Of a stretch of DNA of 64,000 nucleotides, positions 20,359 through 30,405 are shown piece after piece. The DNA is from a virus (Duplodnaviria; Caudoviricetes), in the IMG/VR virus record IMGVR_UViG_3300028591_000130, positions 32,001-96,000 of that record. One strand, given 5' to 3'. The translations under genes and the position numbers were made by a program. The notes beneath the pieces were generated by a model that worked only from the letters and a program-made list of their open reading frames with translations, ran no database searches and was not told where the DNA came from. Numbering within the stretch: the stretch's first letter is position 1; each line of letters opens with the position of its first letter.

Positions 20359-20712
20359 GTGGAGCAATATGCTATACAACTTTTTTCTGTCGTAATCAAC
20401 ATTATTCTTCTTTACGCTTTTAATAGATATAACGACAAACAAAAAGAAACATACAAGAAACAAATTGCTATCGAAAACGGACTGCGCAGTTTACTGAGAG
20501 ACAGGATTATTTACCAGTCATTGCACCATATCAAGGTCGGACTTGTGTCTGTTGAAGATATCGACAATATAACTTCGTTGTATAACGCATATAAAGATCT
20601 TAACGGTAATGGTGCAGTAGACAACGTTTACAATAAACTGCTTTCTTTACCTACGGTTACGTTACACTCAGAGATATCACACGGCAGTGAAACAGTAGTG
20701 CAAGAACACTGA
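20359..20712 (+). CDS. Holin-like membrane protein (Firmicutes phage family)
   Basis: One N-terminal TM helix followed by LLRDRII...LYNAYKDLNGNG...LLSLP, a family commonly annotated as holin. Confidence 0.6.
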   Translation: MEQYAIQLFSVVINIILLYAFNRYNDKQKETYKKQIAIENGLRSLLRDRIIYQSLHHIKVGLVSVEDIDNITSLYNAYKDLNGNGAVDNVYNKLLSLPTVTLHSEISHGSETVVQEH

Positions 20713-20726
20713 GAGGAGGATATACC

Positions 20727-22403
20727 TTGGCTTCAACTGATTTTAGCGGTATTATCGGGAAAGGCGTAAGAAAGGTCAGTGAGCAAACTGTTCAAGAAGG
20801 TCGCGCTCTTATCATAACAGAAGAGAACGAAAATGAGTACTCATGGGAAGATATTCCTAACGGTTCTCTTAAAGTTAACGGTTCTACAGGACTGATAATG
20901 ATAAAAATAGCAGGTCAGTCTAACTGGGTACCGTCAAACATACGCCTTGATATCGCAAGAAACGAAGAAGGACAAATTCTTGATATCAACGGTAATGTAG
21001 TAACAGATCCTACCTATCTTGAAATTGTAGAACGTGCAGTATCACAAGGCGGGCATACTCTTTCTATAGCCAAAGACGCAATTATAACAAGAGAGAATTT
21101 TACTATTGTTGAAACTGACTTGCCACACAATAAGTTTACTTACAGAGATGAAAATGATCGTCTTTATTATAGCGATCAAAATGACAGAGGATTTTGGTTC
21201 GAACTAAAGAAAGGACATTACGCACCGGGACGTAATATGATCGAAGTAACGATAGATGACGTATTGGTTCGTTCAGCAGCTACCGGAGGAATAACAGAGA
21301 TATCAGAAACAAGATTTATAATGCCTGAAAAGCTTGAACCCGGTATGGAACTCACGGTGCGTTACTATCAACTTAACAGGATAGGTAATCCATATCCGCG
21401 TATTTATCTTAGAAAAGGCAACTACTCTGTTGATCAAGAAAGTTACGAAACTCTAACTGGTACTGATGATTCTTGCACTCCTGAAAATGCAGAAATAGGT
21501 GATATCTGGTTCGACTATAACAGTAATCCTGAGAATGTTGACAGCTTTTTAGGTGATATCAGACCTGAAGACGTAATATCATATGACAGGATAGCAGGAA
21601 TGCCCGCTACTGTAGCTGATGCTGCTGCCAAAGGATTAATGGTTGACGCAGTTGCAAAAGGCCACAGACACAGTGCAGGAGAAATTATAGATCTTGACTT
21701 TCAGGTACAAAACCTGGTTAACGAAGCCTTAAAGAGAAAGACGTTACCTGCAGTACCTTACGCACAGTCAGCGGGAATGGCTACAACGTCAATGAATACG
21801 ATGTGTCTTAACGGCAACGTTGTAGGATTACAAAAAGGCAACATAGTTGCTGTAGGAGCCAACGGTTTCATTTCTGACAAGTTGATATCATATAACTGCA
21901 GATCGATATCCAAAATGGTAGACTACTCTATCCATATGAACAACGTTAAGAAGTTGATATCAAGCTTATTGCCAAGGGGTACTATCGTCGCTTGGTATGG
22001 TTCGCCAGATAATATTCCTGAAGGATGGGCTATTTGCGACGGAGAAGAACATACGGCTACTGACGGCATTACAAAGGTCTTAACACCCGATCTGCGCGGA
22101 AGATGTATTATGGGTGTTGATGACAGGAATTACGATAACAACAAGTTTAAAACTTGGGGCTCAATTCTTGAAGCGGGATTACCGAACATAGCAGGCGAGA
22201 TAGGCGGAAGCGGATCTCAAGAGAGCGGTATAGTCGGCGGTGCCTTTTACGTTAACCAAAGTACGGGTGCACCCGGTGTTAATGATACCAGCTACGGACA
22301 GAAGATAAGCTTTAGTGCTACAAGATCGGATCCAATTTACGGCAGAAGTGATACCGTACAACCTCCTGCAGTAACACTCTATTATATTATGAGAACAGAC
22401 TAA
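20727..22403 (+). CDS. Tail fibre with phage tail-collar domain
   Basis: PRGTIVAWYG...PEGWAICDG...TPDLRGR collar motif; GLPNIAG...IYGRSDTVQPPA C-terminal tip. Confidence 0.8.
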   Translation: MASTDFSGIIGKGVRKVSEQTVQEGRALIITEENENEYSWEDIPNGSLKVNGSTGLIMIKIAGQSNWVPSNIRLDIARNEEGQILDINGNVVTDPTYLEIVERAVSQGGHTLSIAKDAIITRENFTIVETDLPHNKFTYRDENDRLYYSDQNDRGFWFELKKGHYAPGRNMIEVTIDDVLVRSAATGGITEISETRFIMPEKLEPGMELTVRYYQLNRIGNPYPRIYLRKGNYSVDQESYETLTGTDDSCTPENAEIGDIWFDYNSNPENVDSFLGDIRPEDVISYDRIAGMPATVADAAAKGLMVDAVAKGHRHSAGEIIDLDFQVQNLVNEALKRKTLPAVPYAQSAGMATTSMNTMCLNGNVVGLQKGNIVAVGANGFISDKLISYNCRSISKMVDYSIHMNNVKKLISSLLPRGTIVAWYGSPDNIPEGWAICDGEEHTATDGITKVLTPDLRGRCIMGVDDRNYDNNKFKTWGSILEAGLPNIAGEIGGSGSQESGIVGGAFYVNQSTGAPGVNDTSYGQKISFSATRSDPIYGRSDTVQPPAVTLYYIMRTD

Positions 22404-22423
22404 AAGAAAGGAGGGTATAGATA

Positions 22424-23908
22424 GTGAAAAGCGTTAACAAAATTAGGGCACGTGACCTGGATTCTGACTTTTTGTTAGATATTTACGGCAGTAAAACAGC
22501 AGGGCAACTTCAAACGTTATTGTCAGGTTATCTTAAAAAAACTGATCGTGTTAACCGAAACAGTTTGCCTGAGGATTACGTTAATGATATCGATAATCAA
22601 ATTAAAGCAGTTCAAGGTGATATAGCTGATATCAAAGACGAATACCGTAAAAAAGATGTAGCCATTAACCTCAGTGACCTTGATCAAAATGTAGTTGATA
22701 TCATTAATGGACTCTCTTACTTTATCCAGAACGTCAGAACTGACAGAGGTAATACCTTAGTAGCAGAAACTTCAACAGGACAAAGAGCTATCAAGGTAAG
22801 AGATAACACAGGTGAAGAACATATAGTTATTCTTCCCGATACTTACTATGAACGTTCTGACGAAGCAGTTAGTCTTCAACTTATGGCTGACAGAGTCAGA
22901 CAACTGCAACTAAGGTTTACAGTTCTTGAAGAAACCATTAAGGCTGTTATAAAAAGACTTGACGGATTACCTGCTCCTACTATTGATACGTCATTGCCTT
23001 ATTATCCCGGGGGCGGTGACAGTATGATTCTTCCCCCTTATGATACACAAGGTACTGTTACTTCTTCTTTGAGTATTTCTTCTGATTATGAAACGTTAAT
23101 AAATGAAGTTAGTGATTTCCTTTATGGTGACGGAAGCTCTTCTCTGTCTTTTATCAACAACAAAATAGGGCGTCTTCAAACTTCTGTTACTAACCTTGAA
23201 GGCAAGGTGAGCTCAGGTATCAAACGTACCAGTCTTGAAAGCAGCGTACAAAACGATCTTAACAGGATATCGGAATTTGCAACAAGAATAGGTAATCTTG
23301 AGATTACAAAAATGACGGAACCTACTCTTGATAAAAGCGGTTATTTTTACTGTAATCGCAGTAGTGACAATAGCACTATATCCTTACGAACACCTGTCAT
23401 ACGGGCACTTTTATGTTACGACAACAGTTCTGTAACAAGTGCGATATCTACTATGGAACCTTACATTATTGACTGCACACAAGGTATAGTGTACAACTAC
23501 AACAGCACTACAAACACTTACCTTAGCAAGAGCCTGTCTGAATCAACCTTGTATGATAATCTCTTTGTAATGGACGTAACTACTAACATTATCGAATATA
23601 TTATCATAGACGGCACGCTGGCTAAACTTAATAACGGTAAAAACAGTGCAACTAACATAGGCGCAAGCAGTATCAGTACACGAACGGTTACTATAGCAAG
23701 CAATAACTCTGAACGGATAGGACGTGTTAATAACCTTAAAAAGTATCCGCCTACAGTTCTTGTTTACGATAACGACATAACAAGTCGTACTAATGGCAGT
23801 TATATTAATAATGAAGGCGTCATTACGATATCTCATAATACTGACAGCTTTGTAGTTTATAACGACAGCGATAAGACAATTGAAGTACTGATAATAATGG
23901 GGGATTAA
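22424..23908 (+). CDS. Putative tail structural protein
   Basis: 494 aa, GTG start with AGGAGG; coiled segments and beta-rich C-terminus. Confidence 0.5.
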   Translation: MKSVNKIRARDLDSDFLLDIYGSKTAGQLQTLLSGYLKKTDRVNRNSLPEDYVNDIDNQIKAVQGDIADIKDEYRKKDVAINLSDLDQNVVDIINGLSYFIQNVRTDRGNTLVAETSTGQRAIKVRDNTGEEHIVILPDTYYERSDEAVSLQLMADRVRQLQLRFTVLEETIKAVIKRLDGLPAPTIDTSLPYYPGGGDSMILPPYDTQGTVTSSLSISSDYETLINEVSDFLYGDGSSSLSFINNKIGRLQTSVTNLEGKVSSGIKRTSLESSVQNDLNRISEFATRIGNLEITKMTEPTLDKSGYFYCNRSSDNSTISLRTPVIRALLCYDNSSVTSAISTMEPYIIDCTQGIVYNYNSTTNTYLSKSLSESTLYDNLFVMDVTTNIIEYIIIDGTLAKLNNGKNSATNIGASSISTRTVTIASNNSERIGRVNNLKKYPPTVLVYDNDITSRTNGSYINNEGVITISHNTDSFVVYNDSDKTIEVLIIMGD

Positions 23909-23912
23909 CGAT

Positions 23913-26900
23913 ATGATAATAAAAGTAGCTACAGGCAAAGATGAGAATAATAACATACAATGGACGCCACTTTATGCTGCAGCTATAAGAAACAGACTCA
24001 GAAGAGATAATAACTTGTCTGACGTTACTGACATTGTTGCAGCAAGAGAGAATCTTGGTATCGACAGTAACTTTGTATCCATATTTCAATCTTTTAAAGA
24101 CGATATCACACAGTACGTTAACGAACAAATTATGAAAGAAGGGGAAGATGTGGCGACAGTACTTGCACAGATAAGCGATATCTTAACTGCACTTACTCTA
24201 AGATTGTCAAGCTGGGAAAATGCACTTACTACTAACTGGGGCGGCAGTAGCGTAGATCTTGAAAACTATTTATATTACGTAGGTGAGATGGCTAACTTTC
24301 CCGAAAGTCCTCAAGTTGGTTGGACTGTTTGTATTGACGGGATTATTTATCTCTATACCGGCAGTGCTTGGGTACAACTTAACGGAACTATTACTGCCGG
24401 TGGTGGATCCGGTACTATAGAAGGTGGCGGAGGATCTGGTATTCTTCCTTATCCTGCAGTTAAATACGATAACTATAGTATACCTAAGGTGACAGAAACA
24501 TTCCCCGTTCTCGTTGACGCTGATCAGTGCAGGTACAGACTAATATTCCCGCTTGAAGCTGCACCTACTACAGAACAAGGTCTAATGATATCAGGATATA
24601 ACACAAGAGAAGCATATACTCACTACGTCAAAGGACGTTTCGCTATGCACGGCAGCAATGCTGTTTTATATCTCCCTAAAAGTTTTGCTATCCAAAATAA
24701 CGACCGTGCTATGACACAAAGAATATTTCCTCCTGAAGGTGTGACAAGAGACCCCATAGACATATCTAATGATCTTACTTTTGAGTATGACGCGATGCCA
24801 CCAAGTTCACAATATATAGTTGTAAGACTTACAAGCAGTGTGCTGAATTCTATAAGAGACACTTGGGGGATGGCAAATATAACGGGTATGCGTTTAGTTC
24901 TTGATTACAGTTACGCACAAGGATTAGCAGTAGGCAGTGACGTTACGGTTAAAATTTATCGTTTTGTACCGGAAGGAGAAAGTCCGTTATCTAATGAAAG
25001 TACTATTTTGCCAAAAAGTGACTTATGGAAAATGTGGCTGTCTGACGATGAACTAAGATTGTCAGAACCTACTGCAAGTTATAACAGTACATTATCTTAT
25101 GTACTTAACGGACAATATCCGATTGAATGGCAAGAAGCTGTTAACGTTAGTGCACAATATGCGTCACCTCTTTCTTACAGCTATAGTCTGTTAGGTGAAC
25201 CTATGTTAAGACTAAGCGATATATCAACAACAACAGCTATTTATCGTAGTTTTAGTAACGCCGCTTATACTAACTTGGCTATAGCTTGTTGGAGTGAGAC
25301 AGAAAAAAAAGGCGAAGATGACGACATTAAACCATTACCTGTTACGACATTGCCACCTTTTCAGGAGCCTTCTACGTGGATAACAATTTGTCAAGGTATC
25401 GACGAACCTGTTGGTGACGATGAAACACTTGTCAGTCTTGAGTTTGAGATTTTCGCTCATAAACAGGTTAACAAGGTTTTTGCTGTTCAAGAAAATTTAA
25501 ATCTTTCTGTTGACCACACACGGCTTTATCAATGGGGTACTAACAAAAATAGTAATTACTTATCTCTTTATCTTCCTGCTGACTTTATGACGAAACGTGG
25601 TGCTAACCGTGATATCACATTTGAACTGTTAGACGGAGTTGATGATAGCTATATACCGAAAATTTTCTTACTGCCGTCAGAATACGGTAAGATGTATGTT
25701 AACTGGTCTCTATATAATAATACCTTCCCTGGTGTTAACGAAAGTTTAAGAGAAATACCTTATGCACAACTGTCTGACTATAAAGACGATTCAAGTTGGC
25801 AACCGTTTACTTACGTTATGAAGAAAACAAATGATGGTGAACAAGTTATTATCAGTATAGATAAAAATTTAGTAAACACTTATGTTAATGATCTACCATA
25901 CGATATCACAAATCTTGCTTTTGACTCTACGGGAAAGTATATGTATACCAGTACAGGAGGCTATGGCACGCATCAAACTAATAAAAGATTATTGTTGCAA
26001 TGGAAAGTTAAGAGACATACAACTGGACAAGCATATTACTACGAAAAGTATATGTGGCAACATAAAGATCAAGCTTTATCTAAAACAAGTGCATGTTTTG
26101 ATGTTATAGCAAAACAGGGAACAGAAACTACAAGGTACAATAAAATTGTAACACCTATAGATGCCAAAAATAAACTCGAAGATGGTAACGCAGCTTACGG
26201 ACAAATTACTATTTCCGATGGTGATGTTTCTTGGAAGTACAGTGATAGCAGCCATATTCGAGTAGTTAGCAATGGTGATACAACAAACACAACTACAAGA
26301 ATAAGAACTTTGTCATATGCACCTGTCAATAACGTAACAAACTTTTATTACGAACCTGAAAATCTTTACGTTCGTCTCATTTACAATAAATTGCTCAATC
26401 ACTTCGGTTCTGTTAGTGATCCTCCACCAAAAGAACCGGATCCGCCACCTTCACCGTCACCAGGTATTGTTCTTGGTATTGATAAAAAGTTTGACGATGG
26501 CTTCCCTGACCTTCTCGATATCTGTAAATATACTTTACCTGCGCGTAACTATAAGTTTATTTTTACCCTTGAAGATTATAGCCCGAATATATTGAAATAC
26601 GGATATAACGCTTATAGAATACAATCACACAATACAAAACATAGCAGTGTATCAGATATTACTCAATGTGATGGCACTGAGGGCGCTTACACACAACGAA
26701 AACACCAGGTTAGTGGACGTTTTATGTATAACCAACGTGTAGACAGACTAGACAATACGTCACCCCCTGCTTTAGGTGCGTCATTGTTTTTGCCTGAGAG
26801 CTTTTTCGATGAAGCTGTATACGAAGAGATGTTCATTGCAATAAGAGCACCACAAGGTATAGCTACAACTACAGTTAATCTTTATAATTCTACTACTAAA

Positions 26901-27851
26901 CCAAAAGATTTTATATGGTTACGTAACGCAGATAAAGATAATGACGAAGCTCCCAGTGACGGATCTATTGTTGTTTATAAGACAACAAGTAAACATAAAC
27001 TTACTTGGTCTTCAACTTGTACATATCAAACTTATAAGTCAACTGATAAGTTTTCAGAGAGAACACCATATCCGGGATACCGTGTTATCCATGTGCCTCA
27101 AGAAACTTTAGACAGAATAACAGGTGGATGGAATTGCAACGTATCTAAAAAGAATCTTAGTAACTTACAGTTAATGATATCATATACCTTGAAATCAAGC
27201 ATTTTTAGTGATCTTGAGTTACCTAAAGACCAAATGAATAAGATTAGGTCGCGACAAGTAGTTGTTAGGAATCTTGTTGCAGAATTTTTCAAAGATAATT
27301 ATACGAGCTTATATACTACCGAACGGAAAAGCGCCATAGATCAAGCGAATGATGCACAAACTATGAAACACTTTGTTTTTGCAGGAACTAAGGGTAATAA
27401 TAACGGTGGTTTATCTCTAGAATGGCCTGGGCAAATTAGTCTCGGTTATAGCAATCGAGGAGTTCCACGTATTATTTTGCCTTACGAGATAAATAATTAC
27501 AGTGTAATTTTGCAAAACAGATATATAGCAGGTGCTAGCGTTGTAACATGGTTGACTAATGATGCTACACGTAAAACCTTACACTTAATACCGGGCAAAA
27601 CTGATATGTCTAAAATATTGCCTGGACAATATTATGATATGTCACAATTATCTTCTGTTAACAGATTCGTATTTGACGACCAGTATGATCCTTCTTCAAA
27701 AGAGTACTATATGGATGCTTTTTATAGTCATATATGGATTATTCCTCAGTCAAGATATCCGGACGGGATAGATACTGATGCCTTCTATATGAACGAAAGT
27801 ACTGTCGGTAAGTTTCACAATACTGCTATGATAATTTATGAAGAACCTTAA
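23913..27851 (+). CDS. Large tail fibre / receptor-binding protein
   Basis: RDNNLSDV..AARENLGI fibre motif; Gly and Pro linkers; three internal L[YF]LPxxF-containing repeats. Confidence 0.65.
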   Translation: MIIKVATGKDENNNIQWTPLYAAAIRNRLRRDNNLSDVTDIVAARENLGIDSNFVSIFQSFKDDITQYVNEQIMKEGEDVATVLAQISDILTALTLRLSSWENALTTNWGGSSVDLENYLYYVGEMANFPESPQVGWTVCIDGIIYLYTGSAWVQLNGTITAGGGSGTIEGGGGSGILPYPAVKYDNYSIPKVTETFPVLVDADQCRYRLIFPLEAAPTTEQGLMISGYNTREAYTHYVKGRFAMHGSNAVLYLPKSFAIQNNDRAMTQRIFPPEGVTRDPIDISNDLTFEYDAMPPSSQYIVVRLTSSVLNSIRDTWGMANITGMRLVLDYSYAQGLAVGSDVTVKIYRFVPEGESPLSNESTILPKSDLWKMWLSDDELRLSEPTASYNSTLSYVLNGQYPIEWQEAVNVSAQYASPLSYSYSLLGEPMLRLSDISTTTAIYRSFSNAAYTNLAIACWSETEKKGEDDDIKPLPVTTLPPFQEPSTWITICQGIDEPVGDDETLVSLEFEIFAHKQVNKVFAVQENLNLSVDHTRLYQWGTNKNSNYLSLYLPADFMTKRGANRDITFELLDGVDDSYIPKIFLLPSEYGKMYVNWSLYNNTFPGVNESLREIPYAQLSDYKDDSSWQPFTYVMKKTNDGEQVIISIDKNLVNTYVNDLPYDITNLAFDSTGKYMYTSTGGYGTHQTNKRLLLQWKVKRHTTGQAYYYEKYMWQHKDQALSKTSACFDVIAKQGTETTRYNKIVTPIDAKNKLEDGNAAYGQITISDGDVSWKYSDSSHIRVVSNGDTTNTTTRIRTLSYAPVNNVTNFYYEPENLYVRLIYNKLLNHFGSVSDPPPKEPDPPPSPSPGIVLGIDKKFDDGFPDLLDICKYTLPARNYKFIFTLEDYSPNILKYGYNAYRIQSHNTKHSSVSDITQCDGTEGAYTQRKHQVSGRFMYNQRVDRLDNTSPPALGASLFLPESFFDEAVYEEMFIAIRAPQGIATTTVNLYNSTTKPKDFIWLRNADKDNDEAPSDGSIVVYKTTSKHKLTWSSTCTYQTYKSTDKFSERTPYPGYRVIHVPQETLDRITGGWNCNVSKKNLSNLQLMISYTLKSSIFSDLELPKDQMNKIRSRQVVVRNLVAEFFKDNYTSLYTTERKSAIDQANDAQTMKHFVFAGTKGNNNGGLSLEWPGQISLGYSNRGVPRIILPYEINNYSVILQNRYIAGASVVTWLTNDATRKTLHLIPGKTDMSKILPGQYYDMSQLSSVNRFVFDDQYDPSSKEYYMDAFYSHIWIIPQSRYPDGIDTDAFYMNESTVGKFHNTAMIIYEEP

Positions 27852-27869
27852 GATCGGAGTTGATATTTA

Positions 27870-29633
27870 ATGTATCTTATGTCTGATCTTTTTGACAAAA
27901 TATCGGCCCCTTCTTTGTCTATAGGTTCTATTTCTCAAAGCATAGACAATGACTGGCACGTTAGTGTAACTAAAGATACAACAACAAGCTGCAATAATGC
28001 CTTTAAACTTAACTTTCAAATTCCCTATGATCCTTCCTTAAAAGTTTTACGTGGCAATAAAGGCGAACAAGGTCCTGCTGCTACGATTCGACTGGGCACT
28101 GTAACAACAGGTATGTCAGCTGCTGTTACTAACACAGGCAATGAACACGACGCCATTTTTAACTTTGTTTTGCCAAAGGGCGATAAAGGGAACAAAGGTG
28201 ATAAAGGCGATAAAGGAAGCAAAGGCAGCAAAGGAGACAAAGGCGATCGAGGCGAACAAGGAGCTGCTGCTGTCGTTAAGGTAGGCGACGTTGACTTCTC
28301 TACAACAGGTCTTGTCAGAGTAACTAACAGAAGCATATCAGGTATTGACGGTACTGTAGAAACACTTTTGGACTTTCATTTTCCTAAAGTCATTGTTAAC
28401 TCTCTCAGCAGTTTGAGCTTCTACGGTGCAAGCAGTATTTTGTTTCCTGATAATACTACGCTTATAGAAAAATATAATGATATCAAGGCTGATATCACAA
28501 AGCTTACAACAACAATGGCAGATCAAACGATATCAATGTCGTCTGTTATTATTAATAACAATATGACGTTACAGCAGTATCTTGAACAACAAGAAAGCAG
28601 CTATGACGCAGAACAACAAGTCTTTTCCTTATCGGTAGCAGAACCTGTCTTTGAAGGTAACACAGTAACTGTGGCTAACATAGGCAGTGAGAGTAATCCT
28701 AATCTCTTGTTTACTTTTCCTGCTGATCTTGAAAATTTCTCTTTATCAAGCACTATACAGCAGCCTGCTTCTATGACCACTGCAATGTTTTCTTCTTGGC
28801 CTGTGTTCCTTGACGCACACGGCAATCTTAACCTTGAACAAACTAACATAGTTCCTGTAAGTCCTAACGAAGGAACTATAGGCACTTACTCGTTACCTTT
28901 TGCTAACGGTGCTTTTACACATCTTGTAATGGGAGAAAGACCTTTACTGCAAAGAGAAATCTTTACTATCAACGGTACCTTTCAGATACCTGAAGGTGTC
29001 AACACCTTGTTTATTACTGCAGTAGCAGGAGGAGGCGGAGGTGCCATAGGTACAGGTGGTGGTGGTGGAGAAGGCTGCGTAAAACGTGTGCTTGACGTTA
29101 AGGGGTTACGATCAATTGACGTCATAGTAGGATATGGTGGTGCAGGTAACAGGATTGTTTACGACGGTCTTAGTAACACTTTCTGTGGTACCGCTTTTAA
29201 AGGGCAAGACGGAGGCAATACTATTGTAGGATCCGTAATGTTACAAGGTGGCAAAGGTGGAAAGGTACAGTTTGATATCACACCTGTTTGGACAGTAGGA
29301 AGCAGTGGAGGCAATTACGCTTGCCACGGTGCTAACGCTACATTATTTGATATCAAACAAGATAACGTCATAACGATATCAGAAAAAGAAAACAAGACAG
29401 ATATCCTTTACATTTGGAATGGCGGATCCGGAGGATCAAGCTTACTTGGATCGGGTGGTACAGGTGGTATGATATCATATCGCAATATCATTACAAAAAT
29501 AGAAGGATCTAACGGCTGCGGTTTTGGATCTGGCGGTGGCGGCGGTGCTATTGTCAAACAAGGCAATTACTTCTTGATCAACACAGCAGGAGGAACAGGG
29601 GCACCTGGTATTGCCATTATCGAATGGGAGTGA
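27870..29633 (+). CDS. Collagen-like tail fibre with C-terminal glycine-rich domain
   Basis: GxK triplet tract; ATIRLGTVTTG...NFVLPKG modules; C-terminal AGGGGG...GGTGAPGIAIIEW Gly-rich domain. Confidence 0.8.
   Translation: MYLMSDLFDKISAPSLSIGSISQSIDNDWHVSVTKDTTTSCNNAFKLNFQIPYDPSLKVLRGNKGEQGPAATIRLGTVTTGMSAAVTNTGNEHDAIFNFVLPKGDKGNKGDKGDKGSKGSKGDKGDRGEQGAAAVVKVGDVDFSTTGLVRVTNRSISGIDGTVETLLDFHFPKVIVNSLSSLSFYGASSILFPDNTTLIEKYNDIKADITKLTTTMADQTISMSSVIINNNMTLQQYLEQQESSYDAEQQVFSLSVAEPVFEGNTVTVANIGSESNPNLLFTFPADLENFSLSSTIQQPASMTTAMFSSWPVFLDAHGNLNLEQTNIVPVSPNEGTIGTYSLPFANGAFTHLVMGERPLLQREIFTINGTFQIPEGVNTLFITAVAGGGGGAIGTGGGGGEGCVKRVLDVKGLRSIDVIVGYGGAGNRIVYDGLSNTFCGTAFKGQDGGNTIVGSVMLQGGKGGKVQFDITPVWTVGSSGGNYACHGANATLFDIKQDNVITISEKENKTDILYIWNGGSGGSSLLGSGGTGGMISYRNIITKIEGSNGCGFGSGGGGGAIVKQGNYFLINTAGGTGAPGIAIIEWE
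28179..28262 (+). repeat. Collagen (Gly-X-Y) repeat tract
   Basis: GDKGNKGDKGDKGSKGSKGDKGDRGEQG. Confidence 0.9.
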
Positions 29634-29643
29634 TACTACGATT

Positions 29644-30402
29644 ATGACCAAAAAGATATTATTTATCGGTGACGACCTGTTAGATATCAATAACGGTATT
29701 CCTACTGTAGATCAAAGCTATCTTCACTGGTTAGAACTCTTCGAAAGTCAGGTTCCATTTGCTTGTTGCTTTTTGGGACGTTGCGGTACTACAACTACGA
29801 CTGTTTTGTCAGAGATAGAAACAGCTGTTGACGAACAACAACCTAATCTTGTGGTCTTTTCCTGCGGTCTTAATGATATCATAGAAGGGGTCTTACCTGC
29901 TGTTGCTGCGGTTAACGTTAGACAAATCTTTAAAAAAATTCACAACAAAGGCAAGCTTGGTTTGATGCTGTTGCCGCCTATGGAAGGTAACGATCGTAAT
30001 ATCATAGAAAAGAACGAACAGAGATATCAGGAATTTTCTCGAGCTTGCCTTGCCCTTAACTTTGAACAAAGTTATGACTGCACAGTTAATCTTGCAGGAC
30101 TCCATCTCGGACTAACGGGCAGTCTTGATAAAACAAATTATTATGACGATCTGCTATTGACAGCCAAGGGACATAATCACGTTGCAGAAATTGTGATACG
30201 CTCTGTCACGAGAATTTTAAAAGATACAGACAATGATATCAGAAGTGATATCAAGATTAGCAGCAAGATTTACGCTGACAGGCTTAACAGGCGTCCTGTT
30301 CATATTAATCTTGGTACTGTTCAAGAACCTGTTTGGAAAGAACTATGGTTTAACGCCGAGAGTTTATCGTCAATTACTGTTAAACCTGAATGGAGGGCTT
30401 AA
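29644..30402 (+). CDS. SGNH/GDSL-fold protein, catalytically degenerate
   Basis: KILFIGDD (block I, Ser absent); PNLVVFSCGLND (block III); DDLLLTAKGH (DxxH His absent); ATG 29644 after GGAG. Confidence 0.75.
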   Translation: MTKKILFIGDDLLDINNGIPTVDQSYLHWLELFESQVPFACCFLGRCGTTTTTVLSEIETAVDEQQPNLVVFSCGLNDIIEGVLPAVAAVNVRQIFKKIHNKGKLGLMLLPPMEGNDRNIIEKNEQRYQEFSRACLALNFEQSYDCTVNLAGLHLGLTGSLDKTNYYDDLLLTAKGHNHVAEIVIRSVTRILKDTDNDIRSDIKISSKIYADRLNRRPVHINLGTVQEPVWKELWFNAESLSSITVKPEWRA

Positions 30403-30405
30403 GAT

